A DNA stretch of 36,372 bases from Candidatus Eiseniibacteriota bacterium (lineage in GTDB: Bacteria > Orphanbacterota > Orphanbacteria > Orphanbacterales > Orphanbacteraceae), in assembly GCA_043809585.1 (NCBI GenBank), contig JBDROZ010000121.1:1-36372 (forward strand). Direction: 5' to 3'. The notes below the pieces were generated by a model. That model worked only from the letters and a program-made list of their open reading frames with translations, ran no database searches and had not been told where the DNA came from. Positions 8,557 through 16,932 of the stretch are shown here, one piece after another (the stretch's first letter is position 1; each line of letters begins with the position of its first letter). The position numbers were made by a program, and so were the translations under genes.

Positions 8557-9609
8557 TTGATCCGGGCCGAACCATCCATGGGAAGGAAGATCCTCTTCGG
8601 CGCCGCCGTCACGGTTCTCTTCTTCGGAATCCTCGAGGGAGGGGCCCGCTTGTTCGTTCCTCCCGGCGACCCGATCCTGTACGAGACCCACCGGAACATC
8701 ATCACCATCCTCGGCCTTCCCGAGATGAACGACATCATGGATTACGATCCCCGTCTCTTCTGGACCTTGAAGCGGGGCCTTCCGGGGAAGCGGATCGTCG
8801 GGTCGATCACGGGGGAGCCCATGGATTTCACGGTCTCGACGAACCGTCTCGGGCTTCGGGGACCCGAGGTCGGAGAGAAGCGGGGCTTCCGGGTGCTCGC
8901 GATCGGCAACTCGTGCACCTTCGGAATGGGGGTGCAGGACGGCGAAACCTGGCCCGCCCGGCTCGAAGCGATCCTCCAGGAGCGGACGGGGACGGAAGCG
9001 GAGGTGATCAACGCGGGCGTACCCGGCTACACATCCTTCCAGGGCCTTCGGTACCTGGAAGAGCGGGGGCTCGACCTCGAGCCGGACCTGGTCATCGCCT
9101 GCTTCGGGTTCAACGACTCCGACCCGTGGGGGCCGGACGGGGACGAGGCGATCGCCGGGAACCTCCGGGGGCGCTCATTGGACCGGGCCCTCTCCCGGTC
9201 CCGCTTCTACCGGGGGCTCGCCGGCCTGATCCGGAGGGGGGCCGGGGAAGAGGGGGGGGGCGGCGGTGTCGGGCCCCCCGAGGCGCGTCGCCCCCGGGTA
9301 TCGGCGGACGAACTCCGCCGGAACCTGCTGGGCATGAAGGCGATCTGTGAAGAGCGCGCGTCTTCGGTGATGTTCCTCCTCTGGCCGTACCGCAAGCAGA
9401 GGCTGGAGAAGATCCGGGATCCGGTCGTCTTCCAGCCCATCATCGTCCGGGCGGGGCAGGAAGCGGGGGCGCCCGTCATCGACCTGGTCGGCCCGTTCGT
9501 CGACGCCGGCGAGCCGGTCTTCCTCGACCACATCCACGCCACGCCGGCCGGGTGCAATCTCGTGGGTGAGACGATCGCAGACGCACTGGACCGTGCCCGG
9601 GCCCACTGA
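8557..9609 (+). CDS. SGNH/GDSL-family hydrolase with N-terminal membrane anchor
   Basis: Block I AIGNSCTFG, block II EVINAGVPGY, block III FGFND, block V LDHIH. TTG8557 has SD AAGGAG; ATG8578 is an alternative start. Confidence 0.85.
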   Translation: MIRAEPSMGRKILFGAAVTVLFFGILEGGARLFVPPGDPILYETHRNIITILGLPEMNDIMDYDPRLFWTLKRGLPGKRIVGSITGEPMDFTVSTNRLGLRGPEVGEKRGFRVLAIGNSCTFGMGVQDGETWPARLEAILQERTGTEAEVINAGVPGYTSFQGLRYLEERGLDLEPDLVIACFGFNDSDPWGPDGDEAIAGNLRGRSLDRALSRSRFYRGLAGLIRRGAGEEGGGGGVGPPEARRPRVSADELRRNLLGMKAICEERASSVMFLLWPYRKQRLEKIRDPVVFQPIIVRAGQEAGAPVIDLVGPFVDAGEPVFLDHIHATPAGCNLVGETIADALDRARAH

Positions 9610-9826
9610 CCGATGGTTATATTCCGTATTGAGAATCTAATTGGTTCGCGAAGCAGTTCCTTTACAGGGTTCGCCTCGTTCTTGAGACGAAAAACACGCA
9701 TAACATCCACCGTTTCAATCTATATGCGGCTTGCGTTATATGTTTGGGGCGTGGTAGGGGCCGGGATGGGTTTCATGGTCTCCCTTGTCCCGAGATGATG
9801 CGAAAGGCCGGCCGGTGAGGGCCTAA

Positions 9827-11822
9827 CCCAAGTTCCGCAGTTCGGGGGGTGGTTTTGAGGTTTTTCAACGACTTACGGGGTCGAGTCGGCACTACATTTT
9901 GGAGATTCCGGGAGGCGTGCGGAGTCGTTGGGGGAGGCGGAGCCCGAGGCGATCGAGGAGCAGGGCTTGGGCTTTGTCGGGCCGAACGACGCAGCGGAGG
10001 CGCATTTCTCGTCTCGATCCATCGGCGAGAGGAAGGATGACATCCGTGCTCTGGATCCGGCTGAGCTCTCGGAGGATGGTTCGGGGGCTGCTGCCGAGGC
10101 CCGCTTGGCGCTGCCACTGTTCGAGCGTTTTCCAGAGGACATAGGCGAGGAAGCAGACCAGGATGTGGGCCTGGACCCGATCGGGTCTCTGGTGCCAGAT
10201 GGGGCGGAGGGAGAGGTCGCTCTTCTGGATCCGGAAGGCGGCTTCGGCTTCGGTGAGTTGGATGTATGTTTGCCAGAGAGTCTCGGGAGTCCAGTCGGCG
10301 ATGTTTGTTCGCAGAACGTAGCAGCCTTCGCTCCAACGAGCCCAGTCGTTCCACTCGGGTCGTGCGGACCAGGAGAGACGAAGCTTCGAGATCTGCGTAG
10401 TGTCTTGGAGCAGGCGGATCGTGTAGCGGCCGGCGGCGCGGGAGTTCCGCTCGAGGAGGCGGCCGATCTGTCGTTCGATCGCTCCTCGATCGAGAGGGGA
10501 GCGGGCGTGTTCGATGCGTCGGGCGAGCGAGGCGAGACCGGCTTCGATGCGAGCGGCGAACCGTTCATGCATCGCCTTTTCCTTTTCCCGGCGCTCGGCG
10601 GAGCGACAGAGGAGGAACGTCTCTTTCCCGCCCGGTCCGGCACAGAGCTTCACCTCGATCCCCTCGCGGACCGTCTTCCAGTCGGTCGCTGCGGCGATTT
10701 CCCGGCTCCACTTCTTGACGTCGCCTCGATGCGTCCCGAGGAGGTACCGCCGCCCGGTCTCTTGGAGCCACGCGAGGTTCTCCGCGCTCATCATCCCGCG
10801 GTCCATCACCCAGATTCGATCGGCAAGACCGTAGCGGGCTTCCATCGTCTCCACGATCTCCTCGACTGTGGTGACATCGACCCGGTTGCCGGGAAAGACC
10901 TCGTAGCCAAGAGGCACCCCCTCGCGTGTCACGACCAGAGCGATGCAGACTTGCTTGCAGTCCGGCCGATGGTCGCGACTGTAGCCGCGTTGGGCGAGAG
11001 GATTCCGAGCGGCGAGTCCTTCGAAGTAGGTGCTCGTGACATCGTAGAGCAGAAGGTCGTAGTCGAGGGCGAAGAGCTCGCCGAGGCGACGCACGAGATG
11101 CCGCTCGATCGCGGCCTTGTGGGGAAGCAGACGATCGAGAGCGCGATAGAGTCGATCGACGTTCACGCTCTCGCTCGGGAGTCCGAGCAGATCTTCCAGC
11201 GCTGTTGCGCGATACCAGCTCTCGGCGATGTGGAGCTCGCTGGAGGGTTCACAGAGCCGAGCGACTACCAACACGGCCGCCAGAAGAGACCAGGCGTACT
11301 CCTCGCGCCCTTCGGGCAAGAACTCTTCGCACGCCTCCTCCAATCGAAGAGCCCGCCAGAGAGTCCAACCGAGCCAGACATCCCCAAAGGATCGGCCGCG
11401 CTCGAGGCGCACTCGGTTCAGTTGAACCGGAACCGCGGTCGCGTCGCAGCAGAGGTCCTCGAAGAGCCCGTGTTGGCTCGCTCGTCCGACCATCGCGCGC
11501 GCCAGAGCCCTCGCCTTCGCACGCCCCTCAGCGTCCAACTCCCCGAGCTGCGCGACCGTCTCCTGCACCACTTTCCCGTTCCGACGAACGGATCGCACCA
11601 GACGCCAGTACGTGTGCGTCTTCCCATCCTTGCGACGAACCGTGTGCCGAAGGTACATCTCTCTCCCTCGTCACTCCGGTATCGCAGATCAAAACCGCTC
11701 AGGCAAGGGGGTAGGTCGGCACTACATGGCCCTCCGCGCCCACCCAGCACGCAAGGACACACACTTATACCGTCCCCCTCCTCGAAAAAAACCGCGAGAG
11801 GCACGAAACTGCGGAAGTCAGG
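9827..11822 (-). mobile_element. IS1634-family insertion sequence
   Basis: Imperfect TIRs CCCAAGTTCCGCAGTT (9827-9842) and AACTGCGGAAGTCAGG (11807-11822), 13/16 matches, bracket a DDE transposase. No target duplication is visible. Confidence 0.88.
9892..11658 (-). CDS. IS1634-family DDE transposase
   Basis: N-terminus [34 protein letters not shown]. Catalytic motifs [30 protein letters not shown] and Y..L..AEAAFR..KSDL.LRPIWH...RV.AHI.VCFLAY. Confidence 0.93.
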   Translation of the reverse strand: MYLRHTVRRKDGKTHTYWRLVRSVRRNGKVVQETVAQLGELDAEGRAKARALARAMVGRASQHGLFEDLCCDATAVPVQLNRVRLERGRSFGDVWLGWTLWRALRLEEACEEFLPEGREEYAWSLLAAVLVVARLCEPSSELHIAESWYRATALEDLLGLPSESVNVDRLYRALDRLLPHKAAIERHLVRRLGELFALDYDLLLYDVTSTYFEGLAARNPLAQRGYSRDHRPDCKQVCIALVVTREGVPLGYEVFPGNRVDVTTVEEIVETMEARYGLADRIWVMDRGMMSAENLAWLQETGRRYLLGTHRGDVKKWSREIAAATDWKTVREGIEVKLCAGPGGKETFLLCRSAERREKEKAMHERFAARIEAGLASLARRIEHARSPLDRGAIERQIGRLLERNSRAAGRYTIRLLQDTTQISKLRLSWSARPEWNDWARWSEGCYVLRTNIADWTPETLWQTYIQLTEAEAAFRIQKSDLSLRPIWHQRPDRVQAHILVCFLAYVLWKTLEQWQRQAGLGSSPRTILRELSRIQSTDVILPLADGSRREMRLRCVVRPDKAQALLLDRLGLRLPQRLRTPPGISKM

Positions 11823-11999
11823 CTCGCCCGGGTGGGCGAACGTCTCTACTCCCCCCTCTGAGGGCGGTGGGGGCTTCGCTCACCTGTCTTTCGCCCTTCG
11901 ATACGGACCTCCGGTCCTACTCAGGACGAACGGGGGAAGGAGTATCACCCAGGATGTTCAATCCTTTGGTACTGGGGCGAATCCCCTCCCCGCCGCCCG

Positions 12000-13253
12000 C
12001 TACTCCACCCGCACCCATGTGTACGGCCCGTTCGGGATCACCGCCACCGACGGGTTCGCCGAGCCGTGGATCGCCGCGTCGATTCCCGCCGCCGGCGAGT
12101 CGACCGGCGTCAGCCCGAGGATCGACGCCGTCGACCGGTGCAGATGTTCCGAGTAAACATAGATCCGTTTTCCCCGCATCGCCTCCCGGAGGTGCTGGAC
12201 CATCCACTGATCCCGCCGGAAATTCCCCTCCTTCGACGCCCAGGCGAGAAACGAATCCAGGTCGGGCGCCTCCGTGAGGAGCGAAAGAAACGACTCGCTC
12301 CCCCACCCCTCGTCGCAGGAGGCGCACAGAAGAATCGCCCCTCCCGGCTTCACGAGCGCCTCGGCCCCCACGATCCCCTTCACGCTCTGGTAGAACGTGG
12401 CGTCCAGGGGGGCGCCCCCGCCCGAGGTGATCACCAGGTCCCGCCCCCCCCGGTCGGTCCGTCCCGTCCGGGTGACGGCCTCGCACGCCGCCCGGTGAGA
12501 AAGATCCGGCTCCCCCGCGAAGACGCCCGAGAGCCTCCGCCCCTTGCCGATCGTCACGTTCACCGTGAAGTGAAGCCCCGAGGCCCGCGCGATGGCGAGC
12601 GCCTCCGAGTGCATCGGGTTCCCGTCGAGAACGCCGGCCCGCGCCTTCTCGTGGCCCACGATTCCCGGCCCGTGAAGGACCCGCATGGTCTCCATCGAGA
12701 CGAGGCCGGGCCCGACCAGCTTCCGCCCCCCCGAAAACCCCGCGAGAAGATGGGGCTCCACGAGGCCGACCGCGATCCGGAGATCGGCGTCCAAAAACCT
12801 CTCGTCCACGTCGATCGCCGCGCCCCGATCCGTCACCCCGAGATTGCGCGTCCTCGCCGGATCGTGAGATTCCCAGCGAAGCTCCGAGGCGAGAGTCTCA
12901 CCGAGAAGACACCGCGCCTCCTCCTCCGTCACCGGCCGGTGCATGCCGGTCGCGAAGAGAACGAGCACCTTCTCCTTCGGGATCGACGGCGTGATCGCCT
13001 CGAGAAGAGCGGGGAGGATGGCGGGAAGGGGAATGGGGCGCGTCGCGTCCGGCACGGAGAAGACCGCCGTCTTCTTGCCCGCCGCGAGCTCACCGAGGGG
13101 CGCGCTCTCGATCGGATTCGCGAGCGCCGCGGCGATCGCCGAGGATGGATCGGAAAGGGGGTCGGTCTCCTTCGACTCGATCACGTCCGCCGTGACCCCG
13201 GGCGGAAGGAGAACGTCGATCATCCCCGTCCCGTAGGCGAGCCGGACGTTCAT
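12000..13253 (-). CDS. larA: Nickel-pincer-dependent lactate racemase-family (LarA/DUF2088) protein
   Basis: Motifs PDATRP, ATGMHRP, VEPHLLAGFSGGRK and TFYQSVKG correspond to LarA active-site and cofactor-binding residues. Substrate unknown. Confidence 0.85.
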   Translation of the reverse strand: MNVRLAYGTGMIDVLLPPGVTADVIESKETDPLSDPSSAIAAALANPIESAPLGELAAGKKTAVFSVPDATRPIPLPAILPALLEAITPSIPKEKVLVLFATGMHRPVTEEEARCLLGETLASELRWESHDPARTRNLGVTDRGAAIDVDERFLDADLRIAVGLVEPHLLAGFSGGRKLVGPGLVSMETMRVLHGPGIVGHEKARAGVLDGNPMHSEALAIARASGLHFTVNVTIGKGRRLSGVFAGEPDLSHRAACEAVTRTGRTDRGGRDLVITSGGGAPLDATFYQSVKGIVGAEALVKPGGAILLCASCDEGWGSESFLSLLTEAPDLDSFLAWASKEGNFRRDQWMVQHLREAMRGKRIYVYSEHLHRSTASILGLTPVDSPAAGIDAAIHGSANPSVAVIPNGPYTWVRVE

Positions 13254-13257
13254 CGGA

Positions 13258-14382
13258 TCAGTAGCTCCGGAAGAGGGCGCCCCACTCGGAGTCCATGTAC
13301 TTCGCCACCCGCTTCGACCCGATGAGGGGATACCAGTACCAGTCGTGATACGCCCAGGACGCCATGTACGTCAGCACCACGAGAGGCGTGTGCGTCAGGA
13401 GCCGTTCGACCGGCTTGAAGAGCCCGTGGTAGAGCATGTGCTGGCCCTTGCTCGCGAACGTGTCGGTCCGGGTGCAGTCGAAGTCGACGGCGTCGATGTT
13501 TTCCCCAACGATCTCGATCTCCTTCGGGTCGCCGACGCCGAGCCCCTTCTCGTGGGCGAGGCGGATGAACCGGAGCTCCATCGGATCGAAGCCCATCATC
13601 TTCGACGCCACCGCGTCGATCGCCACCTGATCCGCCGACGCGAGGACGTACCCCCCCTCCTTGATCTCCATGCAGCGCGGCCCCGGTCCGTCGCCGACCA
13701 CGGTTCCGTCCATGACGGCGAAGATCCCCGAGTGGATCTCCTTCTGGATCATGAGGAGGTCGACGAGGGTCTCGTGGATCACGCTGTGGGTCCAGTGCCT
13801 CTTCCGGTCGAGGAGCCCGCCGAAGGCGTTCTTCATCGCCCCGGTCATGCTCGTGAAGACGTGGGTCTTCATCGTGGGGAGGTGGATGATGTTCTCCCCG
13901 TGGAACCGCCGCGGAATGTGCACGCCCTCCGGAAAAACCCGGTCGAGCACCAAGTATTCCCCCTTCGGCTCGTACAGGTCCCACGGCTCCCCTTCGTAGA
14001 GATGGATGTTTCGGAGACCGTGCTTCCGCACCACCCGGATATGCTTGTTCTTCCGCTCCCCCCGCTTCGAGTTCACCACCACCGTGTTGTTGTGGCACGC
14101 GTGGATCAGGTTCTTGTCGTAACCGTCCTCGAGGAGGCACTCGGCCACCGCGTCGAGCTGCCACGGCGTCGTGGAGCAGGCGGGATAGAACTTGGCCCAC
14201 GAGATGTTGATCTTGAGCGCCGTGTCGCTCGTCTTCGGGAGGTGATCCTGATAGCTCAGCGAGCGGAGGAGTTCCTTGTACTTCTCCTTCACGTTTCCGG
14301 GCGTCACCTTGAGCACGCCGACCTTCGCGGTCCGGGGGGCGCTGTCGGGGGTCTTCACGTCCTGGGGCGCCGAATCGGCCAT
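13258..14382 (-). CDS. DUF362-domain protein
   Basis: Start moved to ATG14382 (SD GAAGGAGGAA). Motifs ALKINIS, TTPWQL, LPTMKTH...MTGAMKNAFG, AVMDGT..GDGPGP and ASADQVAIDA. Ends 4 bp before larA. Confidence 0.8.
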   Translation of the reverse strand: MADSAPQDVKTPDSAPRTAKVGVLKVTPGNVKEKYKELLRSLSYQDHLPKTSDTALKINISWAKFYPACSTTPWQLDAVAECLLEDGYDKNLIHACHNNTVVVNSKRGERKNKHIRVVRKHGLRNIHLYEGEPWDLYEPKGEYLVLDRVFPEGVHIPRRFHGENIIHLPTMKTHVFTSMTGAMKNAFGGLLDRKRHWTHSVIHETLVDLLMIQKEIHSGIFAVMDGTVVGDGPGPRCMEIKEGGYVLASADQVAIDAVASKMMGFDPMELRFIRLAHEKGLGVGDPKEIEIVGENIDAVDFDCTRTDTFASKGQHMLYHGLFKPVERLLTHTPLVVLTYMASWAYHDWYWYPLIGSKRVAKYMDSEWGALFRSY

Positions 14383-14499
14383 CGGATCGGTTCCTCCTTC
14401 GACTTCGTCGCAAACGCCGGAATCTCCCCCAAGAATATCCACGGCATCCCGTCTTGGCAAGGACGCAGCGTCCCCCTACTATGGGAGGAGGAGGAAGTC

Positions 14500-16596
14500 A
14501 TGGACCGGCGCCGGGCTCTTGTCGCTCTCACCCTCGCGATCGTCGTGCTTGCCCTCGGCGCGCGAATCGCCTACTTCCTCACCCTCGCCGGCCACCGCGA
14601 GTTCCGGACGCCCATGCTCGACGCCGAGTGGTTCCACGCCCAGGGAAGCGCCGTCGCCGCGGGGACCTGGGGAGGGCCGGAGTCGGTCTTTCGCGCGCCC
14701 CTCTACCCCCTCCTCCTCGGCGCCCTCTACTTTGTGACGGGCCCGGACCCGGCGGCGGCGCGGCTCGCTCAGCTACTCCTCGGCGGCCTCACCGTCTTCC
14801 TCGTGATCCGCCTCGGCCGCCGGCTCTACGGAAACGCCGCCGGTCTCCTCGGGGGGATTCTCGCCGCCCTTTACGGTACCGCGATCTACTTCGAGGGGGA
14901 GCTCCTGATCGCCTCCATCCTCCCCTTCCTCGGCGTGCTCATCCTGCTCGCTCTTCTCCGCGCGGACGAGAGCGCCCGCGCCCGGGACGGGCTCCTCGCC
15001 GGACTCGCCATCGGTCTTTTCGCCGTGGCGCGGCCGAACATCCTCTTCTTCGCGCCGGCGGCGGCGGTCTGGATCTGGTGGCGTCGCGGAGAGGGGGGCG
15101 GCCGGAACCGGAGAGGGGCGCTCTTCCTCCTCGCGGGGGTTCTCCTTTTCGTCTTTCCCGTGACGGCGCGAAACCGGATGGTCACCGGCGAGTGGATCCC
15201 GATCGCTTCCCAAGGGGGCCTCAACTTCTACATCGGGAACCACCCCGGCTCGGACGGGAGGCACGCCGTCTTCCCCGGGCTCGCGTCGTGGCGGAACGAC
15301 GACATCGAGCGGCTCACCGCCGCCCGCCTCGGACGGAAGCCGACGCCGGGGGAGATCTCGAGGGTCTGGTTCGGCGAGGCGACTCGGGAGATCGGCTCCG
15401 ATCCCGGCGCCTTCGCCGCCGGCCTTCTCCGGAAAGCGTACTTCCTGGTCCAGGAGTACGAGATCGGGAACAACCGGGACCTGACCCTCTTCCGCCGGGA
15501 GAACGCCTTCCTGCGGCTCCCCCTCGTGGGGGCGGGGATCCTCTTTCCCCTCGCCGTCCTCGGTCTCGTCGCCGCGCGGGCCCGGAGGCGGGGACGCTCT
15601 CTTCTCGTCTTCTACCTGTTTCTCTACGGGTTCTCGGTGATCCTCTTCTTCGTCTGCGCCCGCTTTCGGACGCCCCTTCTTCCCGCCCTCTTTCCCGCGG
15701 CGGGGGCGGGGCTCGCCCGCATCGGCGAAGGGGTCCGCCGGAGGGATCTCCGGCGGGTCGTCCCGGCCCTCGCGGGGATCCTGGCGGTCATGGTCCTGAT
15801 CTCGATCGATCCCTACGGAATCCGCGTCGTCGCGGAAGGACAGGAGGCGTTTCACCGGGGGAACGTCTACGCGCGGCAGGGACGCGCGGCGGAGGCGATC
15901 GAGGCGTACGAGGAAGGAGCGCGGCGCCTCCCGAACTTCGCCGGGGTCCGGTTCCACCTCGGCGTGGTCCTCCTCGGCGAGGGACGGGAGGAGGAGGGGC
16001 GGCGCCTTCTGGAGGAGGCCCTCGCCCTCGAGCCGTCGAACCCGAGGATCGCCGTCACCCTCGCCGATCTCCTGGCCGAGTCGGGACGGGAAGCCGATGC
16101 GGAGGCGCTCTACCGGGAGACGATCAGGAAGGACCCGTTCTTCCCCGACCCCTACGTCAATCTCGGAGGATTCCTCGCGGAACGGGGGCGCGCGGAGGAG
16201 GCGGAGGGCCTTCTGCGAATAGCCCTCGACCTCGTCCCGGACGATCCTCCGGCCCTCCTCGATCTGGGCAAACTCCTCGCCTCCACGGGACGGTGGGGAG
16301 AGGCGGAGCCGCTGCTCGCGCGGTTCACCGGGCTCCGGCCGGACCGCGGGGAAGGGTGGTTCGAACTGGGGAACGTCTATCTTCGGGGGGGGAGAACTTC
16401 GGACGCGATCGGAATGTACCGGCGCGCGGCGGGCATCGACCGGAACGATGTCCGGTCCCGTCTGAATCTCTCCCTCGCCCTCGTGCAGGCCGGCGACATC
16501 CCGGGGGCCGTCATCGCCCTCCGGGAGGTCCTCGCCATCGATCCCGGAAACGAGACCGCCCGCCGCCGCCTCGAGGAACTCACGGGCTCCCCCTGA
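14500..16596 (+). CDS. GT-C (GT39/PMT_2/ArnT-like) membrane glycosyltransferase with C-terminal TPR repeats
   Basis: Start at ATG14500 (SD GGAGGAGGAGG). Multiple TM helices, MLDAEWF, FRAPLYP, ARPN, GLNFYIGN and RFR.P, then about seven TPR-like units. Confidence 0.8.
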   Translation: MDRRRALVALTLAIVVLALGARIAYFLTLAGHREFRTPMLDAEWFHAQGSAVAAGTWGGPESVFRAPLYPLLLGALYFVTGPDPAAARLAQLLLGGLTVFLVIRLGRRLYGNAAGLLGGILAALYGTAIYFEGELLIASILPFLGVLILLALLRADESARARDGLLAGLAIGLFAVARPNILFFAPAAAVWIWWRRGEGGGRNRRGALFLLAGVLLFVFPVTARNRMVTGEWIPIASQGGLNFYIGNHPGSDGRHAVFPGLASWRNDDIERLTAARLGRKPTPGEISRVWFGEATREIGSDPGAFAAGLLRKAYFLVQEYEIGNNRDLTLFRRENAFLRLPLVGAGILFPLAVLGLVAARARRRGRSLLVFYLFLYGFSVILFFVCARFRTPLLPALFPAAGAGLARIGEGVRRRDLRRVVPALAGILAVMVLISIDPYGIRVVAEGQEAFHRGNVYARQGRAAEAIEAYEEGARRLPNFAGVRFHLGVVLLGEGREEEGRRLLEEALALEPSNPRIAVTLADLLAESGREADAEALYRETIRKDPFFPDPYVNLGGFLAERGRAEEAEGLLRIALDLVPDDPPALLDLGKLLASTGRWGEAEPLLARFTGLRPDRGEGWFELGNVYLRGGRTSDAIGMYRRAAGIDRNDVRSRLNLSLALVQAGDIPGAVIALREVLAIDPGNETARRRLEELTGSP

Positions 16597-16622
16597 CGGA
16601 AATTCGTGTCCCCGGATTTCCC

Positions 16623-16797
16623 CGGCGGGGCGTGGGGGCAGGCTGAGGGAGGGATAGTGGGGCAGACTTGAACGCTCGTCGCACGGCGGGAGAGAGCCCT
16701 CCCATTCTCCGGGCTCGTAGAGGAGGCGTTGCGAAGGGCGGTAACAACTCCCCGGTTATGCCCCCATCCCTCCCGAAGCCTGACCCCCGAACCGCCG
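16623..16797. repeat. Dispersed palindromic repeat, family A, copy 2
   Basis: About 90% identical to copy 1, lies between convergent genes, and has outer stems CGGCGG/CCGCCG and CAGGCT/AGCCTG. Confidence 0.9.
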
Positions 16798-16932
16798 CCC
16801 GATCCGGATCACCTCTTCTCCGGGCTCGTAGAGGAGGCGTCGCGAAGGGCGGTAACGACTCCCCGGTTATGCCCCCATCCCTCCCGAAGCCGGACCCCCG
16901 AACCGCCGCCCGATCTCCCCCCGGATCACCTC
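16705..16932. repeat. Tandem duplication (111 + 117 bp) producing a partial third family A copy that overlaps the dehydrogenase 3' end
   Basis: 16705-16815 and 16816-16932 are near-identical (TTCTCCGGGCTCGTAG...CCGGATCACCTC); the first unit lacks 6 bp. Confidence 0.88.

Noticed and set aside
9613-9798. 61-aa ORF in the AT-rich patch
   Set aside because: No SD, atypical codons and no recognisable motif, so it cannot be supported as a gene.
11831-11884. Hairpin GGTGGGCGAA...TTCGCTCACC next to the IS as a larA terminator or IS end structure
   Set aside because: It lies outside the TIR, its G-U pairs favour the + strand (opposite to larA), and it has no U-tract on the minus strand. Function cannot be supported.
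13345-14499. N-terminal extensions in the ORF track (13345, 20624, 25907, 27817, 3012, 32870) suggesting giant fusions
   Set aside because: The extensions overlap other real genes or promoter regions, and internal starts with an SD and signal peptide or TM segment fit better.
16623-16932. Repeats as a CRISPR array
   Set aside because: The units are over 100 bp, there are no unique spacers, and no cas genes are present.
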